A stretch of 64,000 nt of DNA, taken from Desulforegulaceae bacterium. Lineage in GTDB: Bacteria; Desulfobacterota; Desulfobacteria; Desulfobacterales; JACKCP01. Under the pieces are notes generated by a model, which saw only the letters and a list, made by a program, of their open reading frames with translations, was not told the DNA's origin and did not search any database. Below are positions 1 through 8,653 of the stretch, in pieces; the stretch's first letter is position 1; each line of letters starts with the position of its first letter. Location: contig JAVETN010000003.1 in the NCBI GenBank assembly GCA_034006035.1, positions 74,472 through 138,471 of the forward strand, given 5' to 3'. The position numbers and the translations under genes are program-made.

Positions 1-2
1 AT

Positions 3-482
3 CAGGTTGATAAGCGTCCGGTTGAGACTTATCAAGGAATGTGGAAATTTAATGAAAAGATTTCAAGATGGTTAAAATTATTTACAGGCGAAATTAACCC
101 AAAAAAATATATGGAAAAAATAAATTGTTTGAAGCTTCGTGATGAAAGAAGACTTTTTTTTTCTGAGATACCTGAGAATATCAAAGAAGAGCTGCTAAAA
201 TTTTTCAAAGACAATAAGACTATAATAATTTGTGATATATTAAAGGGAAGAGGCGGTTTAAGTGCAGATTGGTTTTTGGTGACTGAAAAGGATGGAGAAA
301 AAATAAGCTGGATAATGAAAGATATAAATTATGTCCTTAACCACTATTCACAAGGCGAAATTGAACTTTCACCAAGAGGAAGCTTAAAAATAGGTCGTGT
401 ATTAATGCAGCGAAAAGGTGGAACTCCCGACCCTGAAAGTCTTCAGTTTAAAATCAATCCTTTATCTCTTTTTGAAGGTTAA
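3..482 (+). CDS. 5'-truncated ORF; candidate restriction endonuclease partner of the adjacent HhaI-like methyltransferase (function inferred from linkage only)
   Basis: Frame 3 is open from nt 3 (QVDKRPVETYQG precedes the first Met at 39), so the gene probably continues beyond the left edge. The stop at 480-482 lies 2 nt before the methyltransferase ATG. I recognised no catalytic motif. Confidence 0.35.
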   Translation, partial: QVDKRPVETYQGMWKFNEKISRWLKLFTGEINPKKYMEKINCLKLRDERRLFFSEIPENIKEELLKFFKDNKTIIICDILKGRGGLSADWFLVTEKDGEKISWIMKDINYVLNHYSQGEIELSPRGSLKIGRVLMQRKGGTPDPESLQFKINPLSLFEG

Positions 483-484
483 GT

Positions 485-1495
485 ATGGAAAATTTTGAAA
501 AGTCATATGAAACAAAATTATCCCAACTTAGTTTTATAGATTTATTTTCAGGCATTGGCGGTTTCAGGCTTGCTTTTGAATCTTTTGGTGCTAAATGTGT
601 TTTTTCCAGCGAATGGGATAAGGATTGCCAAGATATATATTATGAAAATTTTGGTGAAAAGCCTTACGGCGATATCACTAAGATATCCGAATCTCAAATA
701 CCGAATCATGATATTTTATGTGCAGGCTTTCCATGTCAGGCTTTTAGTATTTCAGGGAAACAGCTTGGGTTTCAAGATACAAGAGGAACCCTTTTTTTTG
801 AAATTGCAAGAATTATAAAACATCATTTACCTAAACTTGTATTTTTAGAAAATGTAAAAAACTTTGAAAATCATGATAAGGGAAGAACTCTTAAAGTTGT
901 TATAAATATATTAAATGAAGCAGGATATGATGTTTACTATAAAGTGCTGAATGCTTCTTTATTCGGTATTCCCCAGAAAAGAGAAAGGATTTATATTTTA
1001 GCATTCAGAAAAGATTTAAAGGTCGATGGTTTTAAATTTGTGAGAAGTACAGATAAATATTCCAAGCTTAAAGATTTTTGCCTACCTGATGAACTGACAA
1101 AAAAATATATAATAACTCGCAATGATGTAAAATTAAAAGAAGATGTGAAAATAGAAAAAGATATTTTTGGTAACTATCCTCAAAAACCTATCCGCATAGG
1201 AATTGTTAATAAAGGAGGACAGGGGGAAAGAATATATCACGAATGCGGTCATGCTGTAACCTTGTCTGCATATGGCGGAGGTATAGGTGCAAAGACTGGA
1301 TTATATATGATAAATAAAAAAATTAGAAGATTAGCCCCTCTTGAATGTGCAAAAATTTCAGGCTTTCCCGAATCATTTATCCTTCATGATTCTGACAGTG
1401 TTAATTACCGTGTTTTTGGAAATACAGTTGTAATTAATGTTTTGCAATATATTATTAAAAAAATTATTGATGATGATGTTTTCAGCTTGTTTTGA
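485..1495 (+). CDS. DNA (cytosine-5)-methyltransferase, M.HhaI-like (predicted GCGC specificity)
   Basis: Colinear with M.HhaI as I recall it. Motif I FIDLFSGIGGFRLA, motif IV GFPCQAFSISGKQ, ENVKNF, QKRERIY, TRD loops GIVNKGGQGERIY and TLSAYGGGIGAKTG, motif X FGNTVVINVLQYI. Confidence 0.93.
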   Translation: MENFEKSYETKLSQLSFIDLFSGIGGFRLAFESFGAKCVFSSEWDKDCQDIYYENFGEKPYGDITKISESQIPNHDILCAGFPCQAFSISGKQLGFQDTRGTLFFEIARIIKHHLPKLVFLENVKNFENHDKGRTLKVVINILNEAGYDVYYKVLNASLFGIPQKRERIYILAFRKDLKVDGFKFVRSTDKYSKLKDFCLPDELTKKYIITRNDVKLKEDVKIEKDIFGNYPQKPIRIGIVNKGGQGERIYHECGHAVTLSAYGGGIGAKTGLYMINKKIRRLAPLECAKISGFPESFILHDSDSVNYRVFGNTVVINVLQYIIKKIIDDDVFSLF

Positions 1496-1559
1496 ATTCA
1501 AATCTAAATGTAGTGACTTTGTCTTTTATTAAAATCAATTAAAAATACAAAATTAATAA

Positions 1560-1590
1560 GGCTCCCTGTAATTACAAGGAGCCCTATTTC
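1560..1590. terminator. Hairpin between convergent genes (GGCTCC-N12-GGAGCC followed by a T-rich run)
   Basis: Stem 1560-1565 pairs with 1578-1583. The flanks are A-rich upstream and CTATTTCTTT downstream. It lies between the methyltransferase stop (1495) and the acyl-CoA dehydrogenase stop (1617). Confidence 0.5.
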
Positions 1591-1616
1591 TTTATGGAGA
1601 AGATTAGAGGATTTAC

Positions 1617-3320
1617 TTAAAAATCCTGATCTTTCATTCTGTAGGCATCTTTAAGACTGTAAACTTCATCCCAGATTTTGTTGAATCTTTCGGGATTTGG
1701 AGCAGGAGATCTTAAAATTGCCTTTGCAAGCTCTCTTTGATCATCTGTATTGCTTGGTTTCATCATAAGCTCTGTTGCATATTTTGAAAAATCTCTTACC
1801 ATGAAATCAAAAATTTGATCAAGCATTTCATCACTTACTCCCATATGATCTTTATTTTCAATAATAAGCTGACCATAAGGAATAAGACAAAATATATCTC
1901 CAAGATTAAGAAGATAATCAATATCTTTTGCCTGATTTTTATCCGGGGTTGCTTTTATAAGAAAATTTCTAAAAGCTTTTATCTGCTCTTTAAAAACAGC
2001 AAGGTTTGGAGTATCAGCTGAATCGTAAGCTATGTTATAATCATGAAACTGAATAGAACCAAGACCTTTTGTAGGACCCTGGCTAAACATAAAATCATCA
2101 TTAGTTGTGTCGTGTCTTTTGCCTATTTCAGGAAATTCAGCAGGCTTGAACAGATAGTTATTCATAAATTTAACTATAAGAGCCATGTTTACATGAACAG
2201 TACCTTCAAGTTTTGGAAGCATTGGTGTTTCATGGGCCGCTATTTCAAAAAAAGGTTCTGCTTCAAAGCCTTTAGCTGCAATAACATCCCAAAGAGCCTG
2301 AACAACGCCTTCGCCTTCTCTTGTAACCTTCATTTTAACCATAGGGTTGAAAAGAAGATATCTTCTGTCTTCTGCACTTGCAGACCTCATATAATCTATT
2401 GCTCTTTCAGAAAAGACTTTCATAGCAATAAGACGGGAGTATGAGTCTACAAAAATTCTTTTTACATGGGGAAAATCTGTTACATATTTACCATAAAGAT
2501 TTCTTCCTGCTGCATGGGAAATAGCTTCGTAAAAAGCATGGGTCGCCAGACCTAATGAACCCCAGCCAAGGTTGAATTTGCATAAATTTATGGTATTTAG
2601 CATATCATCCCAGGCTTGTGAGCCTTTTTGCATTATATCTGCTTCTGTAATTGGATAATCATGAAGTGCATATTCAGCAACATAGTTTTGCTCATTAACT
2701 GTATTTTTAACGCATTCGTATTTTTCATGCTTACTGTTTACACCAAAAAAAACATATTCTCCGCTGTCTGCAATTTTAGCAAAGGTTGAAACTATGGCAG
2801 CTTCATTTCCGTTTCCTATATAATATTTATCACCATTTGCCTTATAAGTTCCGTCTTCCTGGGGATAAAGCATCATATCTGAAGAATAAATGTCTGCTCC
2901 ATGTTCTTTTTCTGAAAGACCAAAAGCAAAGACTTCTCCGTCCTGAAGAAGCTGGGCTGTTTTATTTTTCATTTCCTCGTTTGAACCCATCCAGATTGGG
3001 CCCAATCCAAGCATGGAAACCTGATATGTATACCAATAGGTAATTCCATAAAATGCTGAAATTTCAGCAAACATTGAGTTTCTGAAAGTATCCCATCTTG
3101 AATCTTCAGCTCCATATCCTGAAGGAGTCATAAGGGTGGCCATGACCTGATTTTCTTTCATAAACTTTACAAAATCGTGGTTCCAGACCTTTTCATGCCA
3201 GTCTTTTTTAATTGCCTTAAGACCTTTGTCTTCAAAAAAGTCAATCACCTTCTGCATCATATCTCGTGTTTTTTCATCACTGTATTTTATGTTGTGCTCT
3301 TTGGGATTGAAAAGAATCAT
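1617..3320 (-). CDS. Acyl-CoA dehydrogenase family protein (long, 567 aa form)
   Basis: ACAD-like pattern: LSEKEHGADIYS (compare TEPxAGSD), YIGNGN, a mid beta-domain and a C-terminal helical domain. The family call is by motif; the substrate is unknown. Confidence 0.75.
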   Translation of the reverse strand: MILFNPKEHNIKYSDEKTRDMMQKVIDFFEDKGLKAIKKDWHEKVWNHDFVKFMKENQVMATLMTPSGYGAEDSRWDTFRNSMFAEISAFYGITYWYTYQVSMLGLGPIWMGSNEEMKNKTAQLLQDGEVFAFGLSEKEHGADIYSSDMMLYPQEDGTYKANGDKYYIGNGNEAAIVSTFAKIADSGEYVFFGVNSKHEKYECVKNTVNEQNYVAEYALHDYPITEADIMQKGSQAWDDMLNTINLCKFNLGWGSLGLATHAFYEAISHAAGRNLYGKYVTDFPHVKRIFVDSYSRLIAMKVFSERAIDYMRSASAEDRRYLLFNPMVKMKVTREGEGVVQALWDVIAAKGFEAEPFFEIAAHETPMLPKLEGTVHVNMALIVKFMNNYLFKPAEFPEIGKRHDTTNDDFMFSQGPTKGLGSIQFHDYNIAYDSADTPNLAVFKEQIKAFRNFLIKATPDKNQAKDIDYLLNLGDIFCLIPYGQLIIENKDHMGVSDEMLDQIFDFMVRDFSKYATELMMKPSNTDDQRELAKAILRSPAPNPERFNKIWDEVYSLKDAYRMKDQDF

Positions 3321-3363
3321 TTTTATCTCCCTGTTTAATTAGTTTAAAATTTATCTTACATAC

Positions 3364-3387
3364 AACTATCTTGTATACAAGATAGTT
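3364..3387. promoter_or_regulatory. Perfect 24-bp palindrome AACTATCTTGTATACAAGATAGTT; candidate MarR operator overlapping the acyl-CoA dehydrogenase promoter
   Basis: Checked base by base: the sequence equals its own reverse complement. It lies 44 nt upstream of the ACAD ATG (3320) and directly downstream of the MarR stop (3445). On the minus strand TTGATT sits about 17-18 nt before the central GTATAC/TATACA. Confidence 0.5.
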
Positions 3388-3444
3388 TAATATAAAATCA
3401 ATAGTATAAATTTATTTTTTGGGATTAATCATTAAATATATTTT

Positions 3445-3873
3445 TTAAACAAAGTCTGAATGCTTTTCCAAAAGTCTTTTTAAAATATCTCTTAAAAAAA
3501 TTTCTTCTTCATCTGTAAGCGAAGATAAAAAATCTTTATGTGCTTTTTCAAATAATCTATCAAGAAGACCACCTTTTGTTCTGCCGTCTTCTGTTAAAAA
3601 AATAAGAGATGAACGTCTGTCTGTGGGACTTGGTCTTCTTTCAACCAAATCAATAGCGGCAAGTCTGTCAATTATTCCCGAAACTGTTGCACTGTCAAGC
3701 ATGACAAGGGAACTCATTTCACGTGAAGTTATCCCATCCCCCCTATTAAGAAGAATAAGAAACATTGCCTGAACTGTAGTTACATTATATTCCGAAATAT
3801 ATTCAGCCCAAAATTTATATCCTGACTGAGAATTCTTGGCCAATAAAAAAACTATGCAATCCTGTAGATCCAT
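3445..3873 (-). CDS. MarR family transcriptional regulator
   Basis: 142 aa with a winged-HTH pattern (ITSREMSSLVMLDSATVSGIIDRLAAIDLVERRPSPTDRRS). Confidence 0.8.
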   Translation of the reverse strand: MDLQDCIVFLLAKNSQSGYKFWAEYISEYNVTTVQAMFLILLNRGDGITSREMSSLVMLDSATVSGIIDRLAAIDLVERRPSPTDRRSSLIFLTEDGRTKGGLLDRLFEKAHKDFLSSLTDEEEIFLRDILKRLLEKHSDFV

Positions 3874-3922
3874 TTAATACTCCGGAATATATATTTATTA
3901 CCTTGATTCAGGTAAGAAATAT

Positions 3923-3947
3923 GTGCAGAAGGTTTCTTCTTCTGCAC
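3923..3947 (-). terminator. 9-bp stem hairpin after the enoyl-CoA hydratase gene (weak U-tract)
   Basis: GTGCAGAAG (3923-3931) pairs with CTTCTGCAC (3939-3947). On the minus strand it is followed by ATATTTCTT. Confidence 0.35.
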
Positions 3948-3957
3948 AAAATTTTAA

Positions 3958-4722
3958 TTATCCTTCAAGTCCTGCCTGTACAAATGAAAGAATATCTCTT
4001 ACATCTTTTTCAAAAAAACAGCTCATGCCTTCCTGCCAATTTTCTTCTTTCAGTCTTTTTTGAGCTTTTTCAACAAATTCTTTTCTCAGTACTTCTTTCA
4101 TTTGTATAAATGCCCGGTTTGGCTGATCAATCCATAATGCTACAATTTCCTTTGCTCTTTTTACAAGATCATCAGCTTCAACAACCTCATCTACAAGACC
4201 AAGCTCCAGGGATTTTTCAGGATCATACATTTCACCAAAATACATTATATCCCTAAATTTTTTATCTGTATCAAGACCAAACCTCATAACTTGTGACTGG
4301 GCCAAAGTAAGGGGCAGTCCAATTTTTATTTCACTCATTCCAAGTTTGATTTTTGGATGACCTGTTACAATTCTATAATCTGAAGCCATGGCAAAAATCA
4401 TACCTGCGGCTGCAGAGTGACCGTTCATTGCACATACAACAGGTTTTTTACACATGAAAAAATTTAAAAGCATTTCTTCTTCCTGATTGAAAAAATCAAC
4501 TGCTTCATCTACATCTTTAAAGTTAAGAAACATGGGAAGATTAAATCCGCTTGAAAAAAATCTTCCTTCTCCTGTAAGAACAAGACCTTTTAATTTTTCT
4601 TCTGTATTTACTTTTTCAACACAGGCATCCAGCTGCTTTAATGTCTCAAAATCAATTGAGTTTGTTTTACCATTTGATAAAACCGCAATAAGAATGTCGT
4701 CTTCAATTCTTTCCTTAATCAT
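3958..4722 (-). CDS. Enoyl-CoA hydratase/isomerase (crotonase) family protein
   Basis: 254 aa with crotonase signatures FFSSGFNL and AMNGHSAAAGMIFAMASDYRI. Confidence 0.85.
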   Translation of the reverse strand: MIKERIEDDILIAVLSNGKTNSIDFETLKQLDACVEKVNTEEKLKGLVLTGEGRFFSSGFNLPMFLNFKDVDEAVDFFNQEEEMLLNFFMCKKPVVCAMNGHSAAAGMIFAMASDYRIVTGHPKIKLGMSEIKIGLPLTLAQSQVMRFGLDTDKKFRDIMYFGEMYDPEKSLELGLVDEVVEADDLVKRAKEIVALWIDQPNRAFIQMKEVLRKEFVEKAQKRLKEENWQEGMSCFFEKDVRDILSFVQAGLEG

Positions 4723-4765
4723 TTAAAATCCTCCAGACTTTATTTATTAATATTAATATTTGTAT

Positions 4766-5902
4766 TTAAAAATTTCCAATAATACTCCACATAACACCGG
4801 CAGCAATAGCAGAACCAATTACACCGGAAATATTAGGAGCCATGGCATGCATTAGAATATAATTCCCGGGATTTTCCTTTGCTGCAACCATTTGAACAAC
4901 CCTTGCAGAGTCAGGTACTGCTGATACACCTGCAGCCCCAATCAATGGGTTTATCTTTTCTTTTAAAAACATATTCATTAATTTTGCAAACAAAATCCCA
5001 CACATTGTTGCAATGGCAAATGAAACAACTCCAAGTATAAATATGGTAACAGATTTTTTTGTCAAAAAAACATCAGCCTGAGTGCTTGCACCTACACTTA
5101 TTCCAAGCAAAATTGTAACAATATCAATTAAAGGTCCTTTTGCAGCTTCAGCAAGCCTGTTTGTCACTTCTGCTTCTTTTAAAAGGTTTCCAAAAAACAG
5201 CATTCCAAGCAAAGGAAGAGCTCCGGGAGCTATAAGGCAACATATCACAAGAGCTGTAACAGGAAAAATAACTTTTTCCTTTTTTGAAATTTCCCTGAAA
5301 TCTGAACTCATGGTGATCAATCGTTCTTTTTTACTTGTAAGTAATTTCATAATAGGAGGCTGAATAACCGGCACAAGAGCCATATAGGAATATGCTGCAA
5401 TAGCTATGGGACCAATAAGATCAGGAGCAAGTTTTGAGGTTAGAAAAATGGCTGTGGGCCCGTCTGCTCCCCCTATTATTCCTATTGCTGCTGATTCTGT
5501 AGGAGCAAAGCCTAAAAAATAAGCTCCGATAAAAGTAATAAAAATTCCTGCCTGAGCTGCAGCCCCAAGTAAAATAAGAATAGGCCTTGATAAGATGTAG
5601 GAAAAATCGGCCATTGCTCCTATGCCGATAAAAATAAGAGGAGGATAAATTCCCTGGGACACTCCTTGATAAAGATAATAAAACACGCTTCCCTCGCTGT
5701 ACACTCCAAGGGACATTGAGGCCGGTGATGGAAGATTGCCTATAATCATTCCAAAAGAAATTGGCACAAGAAGCAAGGGCTCATATTTTTTAAAAACCCC
5801 AAGATAAAGAAAGAAAAAGGCTATTAAAAGCATAATAAAATGCTTGTATGTAAAATAATACAAGCCCGTATTCTCTATAAATGACAATAAAATATTTTCC
5901 AC
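4766..5902 (-). CDS. Sodium ion-translocating decarboxylase beta subunit (OadB/GcdB/MmdB family)
   Basis: Colinear with Klebsiella OadB as recalled: KKYEPLLLVPISFG, GIGAMADF, IGIIGGADGPTAIF, AIAAYSYMALVPVIQPPIMKLLT, INPLIGAAGVSAVP, LMHAMAPNISGVIGSAIAAGV. Confidence 0.88.
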   Translation of the reverse strand: MENILLSFIENTGLYYFTYKHFIMLLIAFFFLYLGVFKKYEPLLLVPISFGMIIGNLPSPASMSLGVYSEGSVFYYLYQGVSQGIYPPLIFIGIGAMADFSYILSRPILILLGAAAQAGIFITFIGAYFLGFAPTESAAIGIIGGADGPTAIFLTSKLAPDLIGPIAIAAYSYMALVPVIQPPIMKLLTSKKERLITMSSDFREISKKEKVIFPVTALVICCLIAPGALPLLGMLFFGNLLKEAEVTNRLAEAAKGPLIDIVTILLGISVGASTQADVFLTKKSVTIFILGVVSFAIATMCGILFAKLMNMFLKEKINPLIGAAGVSAVPDSARVVQMVAAKENPGNYILMHAMAPNISGVIGSAIAAGVMWSIIGNF

Positions 5903-5908
5903 TTTTCT

Positions 5909-6301
5909 TCACTTTTTAAAAATTAACTTCCAGGCTGGAGACTTATCATTCCAAAAAAATTTTCCTGTTTCATCAGGACATATTATTTGTTTTTTTATCA
6001 AAAAATCTACAAGGATCCATGGGTTTTCCTGACCGTTCATCAATGATTTTTCTATCAGATCAGGGAGATAAAAAGACTCTTTTTTATTTTTTGAAAGAAA
6101 AATTATTTTTTTTGTTTCAGTTATTTGGTTTTTTGTAAAAGAAGCAGTTATTATTTTTTTTTCTTTAAACTTTTTAAAATTCAAATTTTCTAAAATAAAT
6201 AAAACTCTATGTATATTAGAAACAACAAAAGCAAGAAATGCAAGTCCTGAAAAAACTATGAACAATCCTGAAACTGCTAATAAATATGGGTTTATTTCCA
6301 T
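5909..6301 (-). CDS. Small single-pass membrane protein with an OadG (gamma subunit)-like N-terminal anchor and an unassigned C-terminal domain
   Basis: The N-terminal TM segment LLAVSGLFIVFSGLAFLAFVV resembles the OAD_gamma anchor. It lies 6 nt upstream of the beta-subunit gene. The C-terminal ~90 aa are not recognisable. Confidence 0.35.
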   Translation of the reverse strand: MEINPYLLAVSGLFIVFSGLAFLAFVVSNIHRVLFILENLNFKKFKEKKIITASFTKNQITETKKIIFLSKNKKESFYLPDLIEKSLMNGQENPWILVDFLIKKQIICPDETGKFFWNDKSPAWKLIFKK

Positions 6302-6303
6302 TT

Positions 6304-6723
6304 TTATCTCTTAAAATATTTTGTTTTGGATAAAAATTCATCTTTCAAACGTATAAGCCTTGAGTTTATTGAAGCATACCTTTTTTCAACATTAACAAGA
6401 GTTTTACTTGTAAGCACTCCGCAGACTCCTTTTTTTGAAAGACATGTGCATGTAGTCACATAATGAGTTTTATCAAGAAAAGGTTCTGTTCCAATTATAT
6501 CTCCAGGATTCATAAGGGTAAAAGCTCGTTTATCAGGAAGGTGAATCAAGAAATGACCATCAACTAAAATATAAATATTTGAGGCTTTTTCTTCGGCACT
6601 AAAAAGTTTTTCTCCTGAAACATAAACCTCCTTTTCCATTTCACCGGCAAGTTGCCAAAGTTCATTATTATTAAAGTCTTTGAAAATTTCATTATTCTTG
6701 AATGCTAAGATTATTTCTTTCAT
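6304..6723 (-). CDS. Stand-alone cyclic-nucleotide-binding-fold (cNMP/CRP effector-like) domain protein without an HTH
   Basis: 139 aa with a beta-barrel pattern (GEKLFSAEEKASNIYILVDGHFLIH...PGDIIGTEPFL). First gene of the decarboxylase operon, 2 nt from the next gene. Confidence 0.55.
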   Translation of the reverse strand: MKEIILAFKNNEIFKDFNNNELWQLAGEMEKEVYVSGEKLFSAEEKASNIYILVDGHFLIHLPDKRAFTLMNPGDIIGTEPFLDKTHYVTTCTCLSKKGVCGVLTSKTLVNVEKRYASINSRLIRLKDEFLSKTKYFKR

Positions 6724-7087
6724 TTTTACTTTGAATTTTTGAAAAGTTATTGTTAATAGTAAAGAATTATTGGTTTTTTTTAATTTATAAAATTAATTCT
6801 TTTATTTTCTAATACTTATTTTTTTTATTGAAACATAGTATATAAACAGGCCGAAAACCAGAAATTTATTTTACTTTTTATAATTTGAATTTAAGTTATA
6901 ATAAAAATTTTTATCCTGGTTAATGATTTTATAAAAAAATAAGCCTTTTTATCACTTTTCAGCTTAAAACATTAATCAATCTTAAAATAGATAAAGTTTT
7001 TCTGATTAGATTTTGACCCTGAGCTTAAATGGATAAAAAATACTTTAGTTTATAAACAAATTAAAATTTAAAAAAGGAGCTTAGTAA

Positions 7088-7714
7088 ATGAAACAATGGG
7101 AATGTACTGTTTGCGGTTATATTCACGAAGGTGATGAACCCCCGGAGACCTGTCCTGTTTGCGGCGTTGGTAAATCTGCCTTTACCTTAATAGAAAAAAA
7201 AGAGGCGGAAAAACCAGAGCAGGAAGAAAAAGAAGAAACATCTGAGGCAAAACCAGAATCTTCTGAAAAATTAAAAGAAACAAAACCTTCATCTTTAAAA
7301 GAAAAAATCGACCAGGCAATCCTTGATCACCATCTTCACCCAATTACTGTTCATATCCCAAATGGTGTGATTCCTGTGGCTGTATTTCTTCTTTTAATAG
7401 GCTCTCTCTTTGGGAATGAATCTCTAATTACTGCAGCATACTACAATATCAGCCTGGTTTTTATTTTTATGCCTGTGGTTTTGTACACCGGTTATATTGA
7501 ATGGATAAACAGATACAGAAAAGCAATGACAGGAATTTTTCAGGCAAAACTTGTAAGTGCTGCTGTGGTTGCCACTTTATCCTGTGTTCTTGCTTTATGG
7601 AAAAGTTTTTCTGCTGATGCCGGAGGAGGTTTTTATCTGATTTTGCATCTAATTATGCTTGCCTCAGCAGGTATAGCTGGTCACATTGGCGGAAAGTTTG
7701 TTTTCAAAAATTAA
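7088..7714 (+). CDS. Rubredoxin-type zinc/iron ribbon fused to a multi-pass membrane domain (DUF2231-like)
   Basis: The N-terminus WECTVCGYIHEGDEPPETCPVCG (CxxC...CPxCG) is followed by an acidic E/K/S-rich linker and then 4 predicted TM helices. RBS AAGGAG lies upstream. Confidence 0.7.
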   Translation: MKQWECTVCGYIHEGDEPPETCPVCGVGKSAFTLIEKKEAEKPEQEEKEETSEAKPESSEKLKETKPSSLKEKIDQAILDHHLHPITVHIPNGVIPVAVFLLLIGSLFGNESLITAAYYNISLVFIFMPVVLYTGYIEWINRYRKAMTGIFQAKLVSAAVVATLSCVLALWKSFSADAGGGFYLILHLIMLASAGIAGHIGGKFVFKN

Positions 7715-7732
7715 ATATTAAAACCTAAACAC

Positions 7733-7774
7733 AAAAAAACCCATGATTTAAATATTAAACTCATGGGTTTTTTT
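7733..7774. terminator. Bidirectional intrinsic terminator
   Basis: AAAAAAACCCATGA ... TCATGGGTTTTTTT: a 7-bp GC-containing stem flanked by an A-tract and a T-tract, between convergent genes. Confidence 0.6.
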
Positions 7775-7807
7775 ATATTTATAAACAAAAGCTGTTTTAT
7801 ATTTTTA

Positions 7808-8473
7808 TTATAATTCTATTTCTTTCGAATCTTCTATTCCAAGATAATTATCATCAAAATCTGTCATAATAGCCATGGAAAGAGGTATCAGCATATCTCC
7901 CATCCTGGTAAACTTTGTATTCATATTTTTTACCAGCTCATTGGATATCTGATAAAGAAATTCATAAAGCTTGTCCATTTTTATGGCTGGATATTTTTCA
8001 CCCTGAACAAAACCCGTTCTTCCGCAAATATGGCTTGTTCCTCCTGTTTCTGTAGGAACTCCATAAGCTCTGCAGTTAAGGGGTCTAAAATCATAAAGAT
8101 CACATTGATTGTTTTCATTTAAAAGAGGACACCTGACTCTTTCCATTGCCATCATACCTATTATTTCAATATCAGAAACTCCTTGCTTTTGTTCATCAAA
8201 AGCTTTTTTCTTTAACCTGTGAATTTCTCTGTCTGCTTTTACAGCTCTGTTAATGATTTCATGTCTTTTAACATCGTCAGTATAGATTTCTCTGAATTTT
8301 TTATTAATATATAAACTTTCAATCAAAGTTAAATCGAACAACGCATAGCAGCAGTCTGAACAGCCGGGCTTGCAATTTACCTCTTTTGGGAAATCATCAG
8401 CAACTTTTTTAAACGCTTTATCAACAGATTTGGCAAGTTCTTCATAAGCTTTAAAATATTTTGTAAAATCCAA
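7808..8473 (-). CDS. YkgJ family cysteine-cluster protein (CxxCxxCC / UPF0153)
   Basis: CKPGCSDCCYALF motif plus a second Cys cluster, RCPLL...CDLYDFRPLNCRAYG. Confidence 0.7.
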   Translation of the reverse strand: MDFTKYFKAYEELAKSVDKAFKKVADDFPKEVNCKPGCSDCCYALFDLTLIESLYINKKFREIYTDDVKRHEIINRAVKADREIHRLKKKAFDEQKQGVSDIEIIGMMAMERVRCPLLNENNQCDLYDFRPLNCRAYGVPTETGGTSHICGRTGFVQGEKYPAIKMDKLYEFLYQISNELVKNMNTKFTRMGDMLIPLSMAIMTDFDDNYLGIEDSKEIEL

Positions 8474-8573
8474 GTTTAACTCCTTAAAATTTATGGATAA
8501 AATTTATTAGTTCATTTTTTATAAGATCAACTCAATTTTTTATCAAAGAGATTCTTTTTATTCAAGCTTCTAA

Positions 8574-8589
8574 TGTTTCACGTGAAACA
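8574..8589. promoter_or_regulatory. Perfect 16-bp palindrome TGTTTCACGTGAAACA; candidate operator upstream of the YkgJ-like gene
   Basis: Self-complementary, about 100 nt upstream of the ATG at 8473. A 15/16 copy lies at 8984-8999 inside mnmE. Confidence 0.3.
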
Positions 8590-8653
8590 AAGAATTTTTA
8601 ACTCTGACCTATTTTAATAAAAACCTTTTAAAGACTATTGGTCTTCCATTAAT

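Noticed and set aside
555-818. 87-aa ORF in an alternative frame inside the methyltransferase gene.
   Set aside because: It lies entirely within a confidently identified coding sequence in another frame, and nothing supports it independently.
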